Positions 8,247 through 18,922 of a DNA stretch of 64,000 nt are shown in pieces. Below the pieces are notes generated by a model, which saw only the letters and a list, made by a program, of their open reading frames with translations, was not told the origin of the DNA and did no database searches. The position numbers and the translations under genes are program-made. Position 1 is the stretch's first letter; each line of letters begins with the position of its first letter. The stretch comes from an uncultured Gemmatimonadales bacterium. GTDB lineage: Bacteria; Gemmatimonadota; Gemmatimonadetes; Gemmatimonadales; GWC2-71-9. The stretch covers positions 1 through 64,000 of the forward strand of contig CAWGED010000014.1 in assembly GCA_963821525.1 (NCBI GenBank), read 5' to 3'.

Positions 8247-8350
8247 GTCCACCGGTTCATTGAGGAGGGAATCATCTATAACTACAATTGTGCTATCGTG
8301 TTCGCAACCATTGAACCGAGGTCTCTCCAAGTGGCGACAGGCTGATCGCG

Positions 8351-9229
8351 ATGCGACCTGACTGCCTCGCTGTCCTGGGTCTCGGCGCCATCGGGGGATC
8401 GGTGGCGTGGCAGGCTCGACGCAGCGGTGTTCCCTCGGTCGTGGGTTTTTCGCCCGAGCGAGGGGAGGCGGTTCAGGCCCTCCGGGCCGGGGCGCTCACC
8501 GATATTGCCGACACACCGGAGCGCGCGGTGCAGGAGGCCGACTTCGTCGTGCTGGCCGCGCCCCCCGACGCGATTCTGCAGTTGCTGGAAAGTCTTCCGC
8601 GGTCGATGCCCAGCCGCAGTCTGCTAACCGACGTTGCCAGCGTGAAGCTGCCGATCATTTCGCGGGCTCGTGAAGCGGGCCTGGCCTCCCGGTTCGCGGG
8701 GAGCCATCCTTTCGCCGGGACTCACCACTCGGGCTGGAGTGCCGCGCGGCCAGATCTCTTCCGCGAAGCGATCATCTACGTCTGCACTACCGGCACCGAG
8801 GGCGAGAACGCCGCACGCCAGGTGATGCACTTCTGGGAGACGGTGTTCGAGGCCCATCCGGTCCTGATTCCGGCCGAAGCGCATGATCGTCAGCTGGCAT
8901 GGACGAGCCATCTCCCCCAGGCGGTGGCCTCCGCTCTGGCATACACCCTGGCGAGGAGCTCGGATCTCACCGGAGCATCATGGGGACCGGGGGCGCGGGA
9001 TACCACACGCCTCGCTGCGAGCAATGCCGAGTTGTGGACCGAGATCCTGCTGTTGAACCGGAAGGAAGTGGCCGTTGCCCTGGCTCAGGCGGGCGAGGAT
9101 CTCTGGCACCTTGCCGCACTCATCGCGGAAGAGAACCGGGCCGGACTCCGGGACTTCCTCGAACGCGGTGTCGCGTTCCGCCGATCGATCGACGGGATTC
9201 CGGGGAGCGAGCGCTCCTCGCAATCATGA
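8351..9229 (+). CDS. tyrA: Prephenate/arogenate dehydrogenase
   Basis: GLGAIGGS, DVASVK, GSHPFAG, HD...TSHLPQ, RDTTRLA; upstream of aroA. Confidence 0.9.
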   Translation: MRPDCLAVLGLGAIGGSVAWQARRSGVPSVVGFSPERGEAVQALRAGALTDIADTPERAVQEADFVVLAAPPDAILQLLESLPRSMPSRSLLTDVASVKLPIISRAREAGLASRFAGSHPFAGTHHSGWSAARPDLFREAIIYVCTTGTEGENAARQVMHFWETVFEAHPVLIPAEAHDRQLAWTSHLPQAVASALAYTLARSSDLTGASWGPGARDTTRLAASNAELWTEILLLNRKEVAVALAQAGEDLWHLAALIAEENRAGLRDFLERGVAFRRSIDGIPGSERSSQS

Positions 9230-9241
9230 GGCGATGACTCG

Positions 9242-10507
9242 ATGCGGGTAGGGGGCGACATCCAGGTCCCGGGAGACAAGAGCCTGACTCACCGGGCGCT
9301 CATGCTGGGCGCCATGGCGAGGGGGACCAGTTTCATCCGGGGCGCGCTCACCTCGCTCGACGCGCGTTCTACCGCGCGGGTGTTGCGCCAGCTCGGCGCC
9401 GAGGTCAGTCCCCTCGCTCCTGGTCGAGTGACCCGCGTCGAGGGACGGGGAAGGTTCCGGCGTCCTGATGCCAGTCTCAATTGCGGCAACTCGGGTACGA
9501 CCACCCGTCTTCTGCTGGGTCTGCTCGCCGCGCATCCAATGCGGGTCACTCTCACCGGGGACGCGTCGCTCCGCCGCCGCCCGATGCGACGGGTGACCGT
9601 CCCGCTCTCGGAGATGGGTGCCCGCTTCAGCGAGTCCTCGAACGACGGCCTCCCGCTCACGGTGACCGGCGGCAAACTGCGTCCGCTGCGTCACCGGCTC
9701 CCGGTATCGAGTGCGCAAATCAAGAGTTGCCTCCTGCTGGCAGGACTTGCGGGACGAGTCGGGGTGGAGCTGCGCGAGCCCACCGGACGATCGCGAGATC
9801 ACACCGAACGGCTGCTCCGTGCGTTCGGGTATGTGATCGAGGAGCGAGACGGGTGGCTCACCTTCGAGCCCACCGGGGAAGTGACGCCCTTTGAAATGGA
9901 AATCCCCGGCGATCCGTCCTCCGCTGCCTTTCCTGTCGGCGCGGCCTTGCTGGCGGAGTCGGGTGAACTACGCGTCTCGCGAGTCTGTCTCAACCCGACC
10001 CGAACCGGATTCCTCCAGGTATTGGAAAGAATGGGCGGTCGCGTTGCGGCGGAAGACATCGGACCGCAATTCGATGAACCCGTCGGTGCCCTGGTCGCTG
10101 GACCGTCTCCGCTCGTCGGGACAGAGGTCTCCGCCGAGGAGATCCCCGGGCTGATCGACGAGATTCCGCTGCTAGCGGCACTGGCGACGAGGGCGCGAGG
10201 CACCACGGTGTTCCGCGACGTCGCCGAGTTGCGGGTCAAGGAGAGTGATCGGCTCGATCTCATCGCAGCCAACATCCGCGCGCTGGGAGGTAATGCGGAA
10301 ATTTCGGGAGATGACATCTTCGTGTCCGGTGGAGACCAGCCACCCCGCGGCTTGGTCCGCACCGCCGGCGATCATCGCATCGCGATGGCGTTCGCGATTC
10401 TCGGCACGATACCGGGCGCTCGAGTCCGGATTGACGACATGGATTGCGCGGCGGTGAGCTTTCCGGGGTTTCGGGAGATGCTAAAGGCGATAGGAGGTGA
10501 ACGGTGA
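9242..10507 (+). CDS. aroA: 3-phosphoshikimate 1-carboxyvinyltransferase (EPSP synthase)
   Basis: PGDKSLTHR, NCGNSGTT, SAQIKS, ELRVKESDR, DHRIAM. Confidence 0.97.
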   Translation: MRVGGDIQVPGDKSLTHRALMLGAMARGTSFIRGALTSLDARSTARVLRQLGAEVSPLAPGRVTRVEGRGRFRRPDASLNCGNSGTTTRLLLGLLAAHPMRVTLTGDASLRRRPMRRVTVPLSEMGARFSESSNDGLPLTVTGGKLRPLRHRLPVSSAQIKSCLLLAGLAGRVGVELREPTGRSRDHTERLLRAFGYVIEERDGWLTFEPTGEVTPFEMEIPGDPSSAAFPVGAALLAESGELRVSRVCLNPTRTGFLQVLERMGGRVAAEDIGPQFDEPVGALVAGPSPLVGTEVSAEEIPGLIDEIPLLAALATRARGTTVFRDVAELRVKESDRLDLIAANIRALGGNAEISGDDIFVSGGDQPPRGLVRTAGDHRIAMAFAILGTIPGARVRIDDMDCAAVSFPGFREMLKAIGGER

Positions 10508-10623
10508 ACGGTGAGCGGTAAGGACAGTGACGCTGGGCCACGGAGGAGGCCACGTCACAATCCGCTGAGATTGATATGGATGCATCGGACGCGGCCCGCT
10601 CACCGCTCACCGCTCACCCTTAC
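10496..10623. repeat. Inverted heptamer arrays (GGTGARC)n ... (CGCTCAC)n
   Basis: Left arm 10496-10523 contains the aroA stop; right arm 10597-10623 precedes cmk. Confidence 0.9.
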
Positions 10624-10635
10624 GGTGTTCAGGCC

Positions 10636-11322
10636 ATGAGCTCTCGGGTGGTGGCGATCGACGGTCCTGCCGCATCGGGCAAATCGAGTACCGCTCGCGC
10701 GGTGGCCGAAGCGCTGGGCTTCGCCCATCTTGACTCCGGGGCGCTTTATCGTGGGGTGACGCTGGTGGCGCTGACCGAGGGCTATGGTCCGGGCGGCAGG
10801 CCGTTCGATCCCAACCCGATGATCCTGGCGGCCGAGAAGCGGGGACTCATGTTGCAGTTCGATGGATCGGGATTCGCGGTCTATCTGGACGGAGCGCCGG
10901 CTGATGAGGCAATTCGCTCCGCTTCGGTCACCGCGAATGTCTCGGAGGTTTCGGCGATTCCCGAAATCCGCGAATGGGTGAATGGCCGCCTCAGGACGCT
11001 CGCGCGCGCGGGACAACCGGTGGTCGTGGATGGGAGAGACATCGGAACCGTGGTCTTCCCCGACGCGAACCTCAAGGTATTTCTCACCGCTTCTCCCCGG
11101 ACTCGGGCCGAGCGTCGTCTGAGCCAGCGCGGCCAGTCGGTGGATCCCGCCGCACTCGAGCGGGAAACCGCGCTGCTCGCGGCACGCGACAAGGCCGATT
11201 CGAGTCGCGCCGTTGCCCCGCTTCGCATGGCCAAGGACGCGTTACCGCTCGATGGCACCAACCTGAGCTTCGAGCAGCAGGTGGCGCAGATCGCCGAGTG
11301 GGCGAGAACCCGAATCGGATAG
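10636..11322 (+). CDS. cmk: Cytidylate kinase
   Basis: AIDGPAASGKS, LDSGALYR, DGRDIGTVVFPDA. Confidence 0.96.
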   Translation: MSSRVVAIDGPAASGKSSTARAVAEALGFAHLDSGALYRGVTLVALTEGYGPGGRPFDPNPMILAAEKRGLMLQFDGSGFAVYLDGAPADEAIRSASVTANVSEVSAIPEIREWVNGRLRTLARAGQPVVVDGRDIGTVVFPDANLKVFLTASPRTRAERRLSQRGQSVDPAALERETALLAARDKADSSRAVAPLRMAKDALPLDGTNLSFEQQVAQIAEWARTRIG

Positions 11323-11343
11323 GGTCGCGTCGCGGCTTCCCCC

Positions 11344-12357
11344 ATGGCTCGTACTTCTCTCTCTCCCATCCTCCGCTGGATTTCGCTGCTCCTCGCCGTA
11401 CTGCTCGGCTCCACCGTGTTCAGCACGCTTCTCGTCATGCGCTGCGCTCCGGAGAGCCCGCCGCAGCCCTTCGCCGTCGTCAAACCCGACTCGGTTGCGT
11501 CCGACTCGGGGTCGCACATCAAGGTGGCGATGCGGAAGGTGAACTACCACATAGATGACGACATTGTTCTGGAGCTGCGGTTTCTGAAGGGCGAGTTTGT
11601 CCCGCAGGAGCAAGAAACCTCCGGTGTTCGAAGACCCTACTACTTACAATCTCCGGATCCGGTCCGCGGCGATCGCGATTGATACGCTCAGCTTGAGCCG
11701 GTTGCTCAATCGTCATGTCCTGGGATACAAGGGCGCCCCGATCCGCGACGTGCACATCCGGGTAGATCAGGACGAGATCGTGCAGCAGGGAAAAATGGGG
11801 GCCGTTTCATTCACCATACGTTCCAAGCCTTCGGTCAACGAGGACGGGAGAATCCGCCTGCACCCGACCGACGTGAAGGTCCTGGGCATCAGTGTCGAGG
11901 GGCTGATGAAAACATTCGGTATGACCCTCGAGAAGTCCCTCCACTTGAAGGAGGAGCGGGGGCTTTCGATCGACAAGAACGACCTGCTGCTCGATCCGGC
12001 GAAGATGCTTCCTCCGCCCCGGATTTCAGGCCGGCTCCGCGCGGTCACGCCTGGAGCCGGACCGCCTGGTGCAGGAACTTCGGCGAGCCGGACTCTCTGG
12101 CCCCCAGGCCCTATTTCGGGGGCGATAACCCGGCGCGGAACTACATGCACTACGAAGGAGGGACCATGCGGTTCGGGCGACTGACCATGACCCCGGCTGA
12201 TCTCCTCCTGGTGGATTCCGATCCGTCGGATCCTTTCGAGTTCTCCCTCGCCCACTACCACGAGCAACTGGTCGCGGGAAGCCACCGGACCACCCCGGAG
12301 GATGCCCTCGTGGTCTCCATGCCTGATTACCCAGCCCCTAGCCTTTCAACACGTTAG
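11344..12357 (+). CDS. Hypothetical exported/membrane-anchored protein; two frameshifts
   Basis: Three overlapping ORFs (11344-11682, 11597-12184, 12145-12357) join into one plausible protein with an N-terminal hydrophobic helix. Confidence 0.65.
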
Positions 12358-12460
12358 GCCATACATTTGCAGGCTTCCCCGCCCGGGCACTTCGGTCTGG
12401 AACGGGGTATCAACCCCAACCCGCGGCTCCTCCGGCGCGGCCTGGAACGAGGGCTTTCTG

Positions 12461-14176
12461 TTGCTGACCACTGAAAAGGAATCCTCCCCCGCCACGAACG
12501 ATCAGTTCGTCTCTCCCACCGGACTCCGCGTCCGGGCCGATCTCTACGACGAAGACTACTCGGACGCCGAGTACGAAACGATGCTCTCGATGTACGAGGG
12601 CACCATGTCGCAGATCGTCGAAGGAGAGATCGTCAAGTCGAAGGTCCTTCGGGTCACCGAGAGCGCCGTCATCCTCGACGTCGGCTTCAAGTCCGAAGGC
12701 TCCGTTCCACTCGATGAATTCAAGGAACCGCCCCAGCCCGGTGAAGAGGTCGAGGTCTTTCTCGAGCACCTCGAGGACCAGGAAGGGGCTGTCGTCCTTT
12801 CGAAGAAGAAGGCCGATTTCATGCGGGTCTGGGAGAAGATTCGCCAGGCCTACGAGACCGACCAGCCGGTGCAGGGCACCCTGGTGAAGAAGATCAAGGG
12901 CGGTGTGGTGGTGAACCTGATGGGCGTCGATGCCTTCCTCCCCGGCAGCCAGATCGCGCTGCGCCGGGTACCGAACATCGACGAGCTGCTGGGCCACTCC
13001 TACGAGTTCAAGATCATCAAGCTCAACAAGCGGCGCCGGAACATCGTGGTGAGCCGCCGGGTGATCCTGGAGAACGAGCGGGCTCACAAGCGCGAGCACC
13101 TGATGAAGGAGCTGGCGGTGGGCCAGGTGCGGAAGGGCATCGTCAAGAACATCACCGACTTCGGCGCCTTCATCGACCTGGGCGGCGTCGACGGCCTGCT
13201 TCACATCACCGATATGTCCTACGGCCGGGTGTCCCACCCGACCGAGATGGTCCAGATCGGCAAGGAAGTCGAGGTCAAGATCCTCGACATCGACTGGCAG
13301 CGCGAGCGGATCAGCCTGGGCATGAAGCAGCTGCAGGCCTATCCCTGGCAGAACGTCGCGGCCAAGTATCCGGTGGGCACCCGGGTGCAGGGCAAGGTCG
13401 TTTCGATCACCAACTACGGCGCCTTCGTGGAGCTGGAGCCGGGGATCGAAGGGCTGGTGCACATCTCCGAGATGAGCTGGACCCGGAACGTCCGCCACCC
13501 CTCCAAGATCGTGAGCATCGGCGAGACCATCGAAGCCGTGGTGCTCAAGGTGGACGAGAGCGAAGAGAAGATCTCGCTCGGCATGAAGCAGACGGAGCAG
13601 GATCCCTGGACGGTGCTGCCGCTCAAGTACCCGGTCGGCACCCGGATCAGCGGCAAGGTGCGGAACCTCACCAGCTTCGGCGCCTTCGTCGAAATCGAGC
13701 CCGGGATCGACGGCCTGATCCACATCTCCGACATGTCGTGGACCAAGCGGGTCCAGCATCCCTCCGAGGTGGTGAAGAAGGGCGACGCGGTCAATGTCGT
13801 CATCCTCAACATCGACGGGGACAACAAGCGGATCTCGCTGGGTCTGAAGCAGGCCGAGGAGGATCCGTGGCTCAAGATCGGGGAGACCTTCCCGATCGGG
13901 ACCGAGATGCGGGGCCGCGCCATTCGCCTGATGGACAAGGGCGTGGTTGTGGATCTCGGCAATGACATCGAGGGCTTCGTCCCGATGTCACAGCTCGGTG
14001 TGGCGAACCTGGAGAATCCGGGCGACGCGGTGAAGGAAGGTCAGCCGGTGGACCTCAAGGTGCTCGAGGTGGATCCGATTCATCACCGCATCGTGCTCGC
14101 GGTGATCGGATATCCCGACGAGCCCATCATCCCCCCGGTCCGTCCGGTGATCGACGAGAGTCCGGCGGACGAGTAA
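12461..14176 (+). CDS. rpsA: 30S ribosomal protein S1
   Basis: Six S1 repeats (FGAFIDLGGVDGLLHITDMS etc.); TTG start inferred after GAGGG. Confidence 0.97.
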   Translation: MLTTEKESSPATNDQFVSPTGLRVRADLYDEDYSDAEYETMLSMYEGTMSQIVEGEIVKSKVLRVTESAVILDVGFKSEGSVPLDEFKEPPQPGEEVEVFLEHLEDQEGAVVLSKKKADFMRVWEKIRQAYETDQPVQGTLVKKIKGGVVVNLMGVDAFLPGSQIALRRVPNIDELLGHSYEFKIIKLNKRRRNIVVSRRVILENERAHKREHLMKELAVGQVRKGIVKNITDFGAFIDLGGVDGLLHITDMSYGRVSHPTEMVQIGKEVEVKILDIDWQRERISLGMKQLQAYPWQNVAAKYPVGTRVQGKVVSITNYGAFVELEPGIEGLVHISEMSWTRNVRHPSKIVSIGETIEAVVLKVDESEEKISLGMKQTEQDPWTVLPLKYPVGTRISGKVRNLTSFGAFVEIEPGIDGLIHISDMSWTKRVQHPSEVVKKGDAVNVVILNIDGDNKRISLGLKQAEEDPWLKIGETFPIGTEMRGRAIRLMDKGVVVDLGNDIEGFVPMSQLGVANLENPGDAVKEGQPVDLKVLEVDPIHHRIVLAVIGYPDEPIIPPVRPVIDESPADE

Positions 14177-14202
14177 ATCGGTGGCGGTAGGGCCTGCTTC
14201 AG

Positions 14203-14238
14203 ACGGCGGCAGGGCATCACGCCCTGCCGCCGTTTTGT
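14203..14238 (+). terminator. Intrinsic terminator after rpsA
   Basis: ACGGCGGCAGGGC-ATCAC-GCCCTGCCGCCGT followed by TTTGT. Confidence 0.85.
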
Positions 14239-14277
14239 GTCAGACCGATCCACAGTTGAGTCCGTGCCCTCCCCCCG

Positions 14278-14934
14278 TCAGACCAGCCGCTGTTCCACGG
14301 CGTAGCGCATCAGCCCTGCGCCGGTCTGCACCGAGAGTGCCCGCATGATCCGGTACTTATGGAATGCCACCGTGCGCGGCGTGATTCCCAGAAGGAGCGC
14401 CGCTTCCTTCATGGTATGTCCCTGAGCCAGTAGCCGCAGGACCTCGCGCTCCCGGAGGGAAAGAGTGTTAGTCGGTTCCCGCACCAGCGGACGAGCGCTT
14501 GCTTCGATCGAGTCCCGGACCGCCGCAACCAGCCGCTCGGGGGCGGCGGTCTTGAGCACGTAGCCCGAGGCGCCGAGCCGAAACGCTTCCTCTCGAAGCG
14601 CCGGATCGTCGTGCATGCTCAGGATTATCAGGCGAGTCTTGGGGAGCCGCTCGAGAATTTCTCTGCCGGCCTTGAGTCCGTTCATGCCCGGCATCGAGAT
14701 GTCCGAGACCACGACATCCGGCTTGAGAAGAACCGCGGCTTCCACCAGCTCACGTCCCGAGGTGACCCCCGCCAGGATCGTAAAGTCCGGCTCCAGCAAT
14801 CGACGCAAGGCCTCCAACAAGATCACGTGATCATCCGCCAGCAGCAGGCGAAGCGGCGCGTTAGGGCCCTTGCCACGACGTGGTCGTTTGGCGAGATCGC
14901 TGATCTTGGGGCGCTCGGCCACGGTCCGGCTCAT
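14278..14934 (-). CDS. NarL/LuxR-family response regulator
   Basis: LADDH, SDISMP, GYVLK, and HTH LSLREREVLRLLAQG..TVAFHK. Confidence 0.93.
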   Translation of the reverse strand: MSRTVAERPKISDLAKRPRRGKGPNAPLRLLLADDHVILLEALRRLLEPDFTILAGVTSGRELVEAAVLLKPDVVVSDISMPGMNGLKAGREILERLPKTRLIILSMHDDPALREEAFRLGASGYVLKTAAPERLVAAVRDSIEASARPLVREPTNTLSLREREVLRLLAQGHTMKEAALLLGITPRTVAFHKYRIMRALSVQTGAGLMRYAVEQRLV

Positions 14935-16072
14935 GATGCATTCCTCTCCGCGAAGGGTATCCGGACCGAGACCGTCGTCCCGCGGGTGGGCGCCGTCCTC
15001 AATTCGACCACGCCGCCGACCAGACGGACTCGTTCGTCAATGCTCAGCAGGCCCAGCCCTCCGCGCCGCCGGGCGGCGGCCAGGTCGAAGCCGCATCCGT
15101 CATCCCGTACCGAGAGCTCGAGTTCCTCCTCCCGAAGCGGTGAGGCTGACGAGGACATGGCGGGCCCGGGCGTGGGACGCGGCATTGTGCAGGGTTTCCT
15201 GGGCGACGCGATAGAGACACAGCGCTATCTCCGGCGGCACGTCCTCCAGCTGGTCGGACGCTTCGAAACTCACCGCCAGCCCTCGCTTCCGTTCCACTTC
15301 ACAGCAGACGCTCTTCAAGGCGGCCGCCAGTCCGGCGTGCCGGAGCACACCGGGGTGAAGCTCGTGCGAGAGATTCCGGATATCGTCCGCCATCTCCACG
15401 GCCCAGTCCTGGTACTGCTGAAGTTCGTCACTCAGATGCCGCGCAGCCCGGTGGTAAGGTGCGCTTCAGGCTGCTCAATCCGATGGCGAGCGTGGCGAGG
15501 CGCTGGCTCACGTCGTCGTGCAGCTCCCGCGCGATGCGGGTCCGTTCGGTCTCCTGGGCCGTGATCAACCGGCCGGCCAGGCTCCGGGTGCGGGCATGGC
15601 TGTGACGCAAAGCCGCCTCACTGGCCGCCAGGGCCTCCTGGGCCCGGACCCGGTCGGTGATCTCCTCCATGACACAGTTCACACCTGCTATCCCATCGTC
15701 TTCTTCCCGAACCGGATAACAGCGGACCAGCCAGTGTCGAGCGCTCTGGACGCCGAGGCCGGACTCCCGGATCGGGACGTCGATCGCCGCGAGTCCGGTG
15801 GTCAGCACGCGGCGGAGTACCGGCTCCAGCTCTCCGGCGAGGTGCGGCACTGTCTCGCTGAGCAATCGGCCCCGATGCTCGGAAGCGGAGAGCCCCTGTG
15901 CGCTGGCCAGCCAGTCGTTGATTTCGAGATAGCGCAGATCGGAATCGAGCGATGCCAGCCCTATCCCCAGCGTGCTGAGGGCCGCAGCGCCATCGCTGAG
16001 AGCGCGATCACGGCCACGTGCCTGCCGTAGCAACTCACCGAGGAGAGGCGCAGTTTTGAGAGGGGAATTCAC
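14931..16072 (-). CDS. Cytoplasmic PAS + HisKA_3 sensor histidine kinase; two frameshifts
   Basis: PAS region, ERTRIARELHDDVSQ, YRVAQETLHNAASH and VRDDGCGFD..GLGL spread over three ORFs. Confidence 0.85.
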
Positions 16073-16199
16073 GAAGACTCCACGATCGGTCTGCCATATG
16101 CCACGAGCCGCGAGCAGTCCGCGGACCGGATTGCTTCAGTGTACCCCGCCAGCCGGGCCGGTCAAGGCCCGGAGGAGGGTCGCTTGCTGGAGCGTTTCG

Positions 16200-16655
16200 C
16201 TACTGGACCAGGGGGATCGAGGTCGCCGCCTCGTACTGGACCGCGATATCCAGCTTGTTCTCGATCTGGTAGTAGCGCGCCACTTTCTTCGCGGGCATCA
16301 CCTTCTCGAATTTGCCCGCGTACGACTTGCGCAGCTTCATCCGGTCTTCTTCCAGCTGGAGCTGCTGCTTGAGCAGGTCTCGCGCCTTTTCGTCCGTCAT
16401 CTTGTCGTAATTGGCGGCGTAGTCCTTGATCAAGGCCACCACACGGTCGCTGAGCTTGCCTGCCTCCGCGCGATATTCGTTGTAGAGCGGCCAGAACTTG
16501 GCACTCTCTTCCTCGGTCAACGGCAGGTTTGCGGCGACCAGTTTGGTGCGCTCCGCCTGGACCTCGGCGCGCGCCGCCTGGATTTTGGCGTCGTCCTGGG
16601 CCAGGAGAGGAATGCCGGCGAGAGAAAGAGCAATGATAGCTGCAACGGTGCGCAT
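16200..16655 (-). CDS. Periplasmic helical protein (LTEEE..KFWPLY..Y family, Spy/CpxP-like)
   Basis: Signal peptide; LPLTEEESAKFWPLYNEY; ARYYQIENKLD. Confidence 0.75.
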   Translation of the reverse strand: MRTVAAIIALSLAGIPLLAQDDAKIQAARAEVQAERTKLVAANLPLTEEESAKFWPLYNEYRAEAGKLSDRVVALIKDYAANYDKMTDEKARDLLKQQLQLEEDRMKLRKSYAGKFEKVMPAKKVARYYQIENKLDIAVQYEAATSIPLVQ

Positions 16656-16686
16656 GAGAATTCCCTCTGAATGGTGAATCAGGTGA

Positions 16687-18066
16687 TCAGAACGCATACG
16701 AAATCGCATAGAGCATGGTAAAGGTGCTGACTTTGATCTTGGTATCGCCCGCGATCCCACCCAGGGAGGGACCAACGGCGCGGTTGTCGGTCGTACCCCA
16801 GGAGCCGGCGACTCCCAGAGAACCGGAGAGGTGCGCCCAGCTGAAGGAGACTCCCGCCGAGGCGCCGACCAGATCAACGGTGCGGAAGTCGCTGGAGTCG
16901 GGATCGGCGACAGGCGAGGCGTCGGTGAAAAACCCGGCGTGGATCCGGAACCGCTTGCTCAGCAGATAGTGGCCTCCGATGGCCACATTCAATACCGGGT
17001 CAGCCTTCTCCTGAACCGGGACGAAGGACAGCGTGGACTCGGTCGGCACGCCATTGGCGTCGGTCGTGACAAGCGAAGCCAGTGCACTGCTGGAGAGCAG
17101 GGTATAGGTACTGGCGCTGCCGTGATAGCGGACGTCCCCTTCGAGCTGGAAGTTGTCGAAGAGAAACGCGATACCCCCCGTCAGTTCCACGGGAATCTTG
17201 TAATCCAGTTTGGCGTCCTCGTCCCTGAACCCGATCTCGCGCGAGCCGGCTCCGGAAAAGACGATTTGGGAATAGAGCAGCTTGCTGCTCCCGCCAATCC
17301 GGATCCCGGGACTCGTGATCCTTCCGCCGACCTTTACCTTGGTCCCCGCATCCCACTGTACTCCTCCGGTGAGCAGAACGTTATAAATGCTGCCATCGGT
17401 CGAGACGCTCCGGGTGGCCGTGGTCGAGGAGACACCCGGGGTGATCAACTGGTCTCCAACCGACTGGACCTGGTGCAGGTTCGTCATGCCGAGCCCCGCG
17501 CTTGCCCCAACGCGGAATTCCTTCCCGAGGCGGAAGCCGGCTGCGAGTCCGGGAATAATGGTGGTGAAGTTCGAGGTCGAGCGTGTAGGAGAACTGCTCC
17601 TCGTTCCCCCCGGAGTTGACCGTAAAGGCGCCATCCAGCGTGCCGGGGGTCCAGGACACCGGTTTGGCATAGAAGAACGCCAGGCGCACGTTGGGATTCT
17701 TGATGATCGGTGCGCCGAGGACCGCCCCGAAGTAGGTGCCGCTGGGACTGAATCGTGTGCTCCCCTTGGCCTGCCCGATGCCCTCCAGGGTAATCGTGGT
17801 GAGCTCGTAGGCGTTGGAGCTCGCGTTGAGCCCGCTCTTCTCGCTCAAGGCGAGTCCAGCCGGATTGTACCAGCCGGCCCCAGCATCGTCGGTCCGGGCC
17901 ACGAAGGCGCCTCCCTCCAGCCCTTCGCGCTGGCCGATGAGGACCCGGTCGTAGTTGGGCAGAATGCCGCTCGGGTGGAAGGGAGAAATCCGAGATTTGG
18001 GCCGTGAGCACGCGGTGTCCAAGCCAGCGAGAGAAGGAGCGTCATTCGAACTGATACTCGCGTCAT
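16687..18066 (-). CDS. FadL/TbuX-like outer membrane beta-barrel protein; two frameshifts
   Basis: GGAFVARTDD..AGWYNPAGLA hatch motif, beta-strand pattern, C-terminal YAF. Confidence 0.75.
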
Positions 18067-18099
18067 GATACCCCTCCGGCGAGGCATGGGATCCATCCC

Positions 18100-18875
18100 T
18101 TACCGCATCTGCGCCCGCACGTTCACCAGCAGCTGATCGAACGAATCCAGTCGAATCAGCCCCAGCCTGGGAAATTCGAGATCCACGATTACATAAACGG
18201 CGATGCCCAGGATCAGCGCGAAGCCCAGCATGTGTACCCAGCTGCGTGTTGCCTCCGCTCCCATGTCATAGCCGGCAAGAAAGGAGCAGATCAGGGTCAG
18301 GACGAACAGCATGCCGTAGATGATGGGCGGCGGATGCAACTTGGTCGTCGCAAGGCGGGTAGCCGCGATATCGAACATCTCGTTAAGGGCCGGCATGAGG
18401 AGCATCGTCGTCTGAGGACCGGGAACCTCGTGAGCCGCGGTGACCGAACGGGTCCAGATCTCCTGTTGCAGCTCGGCCATCCGGGTCAGCGCCGCGTTCA
18501 CCCGGGCGGTATCGGGGATGGCGCGGTAAGTCTCGAGCCTCGCGTCGACGTATTGCCGGAACTTCTCCTGGATCACCGTGCGTGCCTCAGGCGGGAGCAG
18601 GTCCAGCCGCAGGTAGGCGGTGCCGATGTTGTTGGCTTCATCGATGATCTGCTGGCGCCGGAGATCGAAGCGGATCGCGGCGCCGGAAAAGGTGAACGCC
18701 AGTAGCAGGCCCATGACCCCGAAGACCGCTCCCTCGACGGCCCCCAGGCCCTTGGCCATTTCGTCTCCATGCCGAACCTGCTGCACCCGCCGGATCCGGC
18801 GGCCCAGCTCGAGCATGAGCACAATGCCGAGGGTCAGGCTTCCGGCGAAGAGCGATCCAAGCACGGCAGGATTCA
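18100..18875 (-). CDS. DUF4239-type membrane protein
   Basis: EGAVFGVMGLLLAFTFS, EANNIGTAYLRLDLL, DLEFPRLGLI. Confidence 0.85.
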
Positions 18876-18922
18876 CTATTCCCACAAACCCTCGCTTCGA
18901 GGCTCGGCCACATGGGGCGTTT

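Noticed and set aside
8252..8318. Imperfect inverted repeat CGGTTCATTG...CATTGAACCG in the divergent promoter before tyrA
   Set aside because: Single short occurrence with a long spacer; cannot be distinguished from chance
16092..16106. Sigma54 promoters at TGGCA motifs near 16100, 22030 and 2040
   Set aside because: The GG-to-GC spacing does not fit -24/-12
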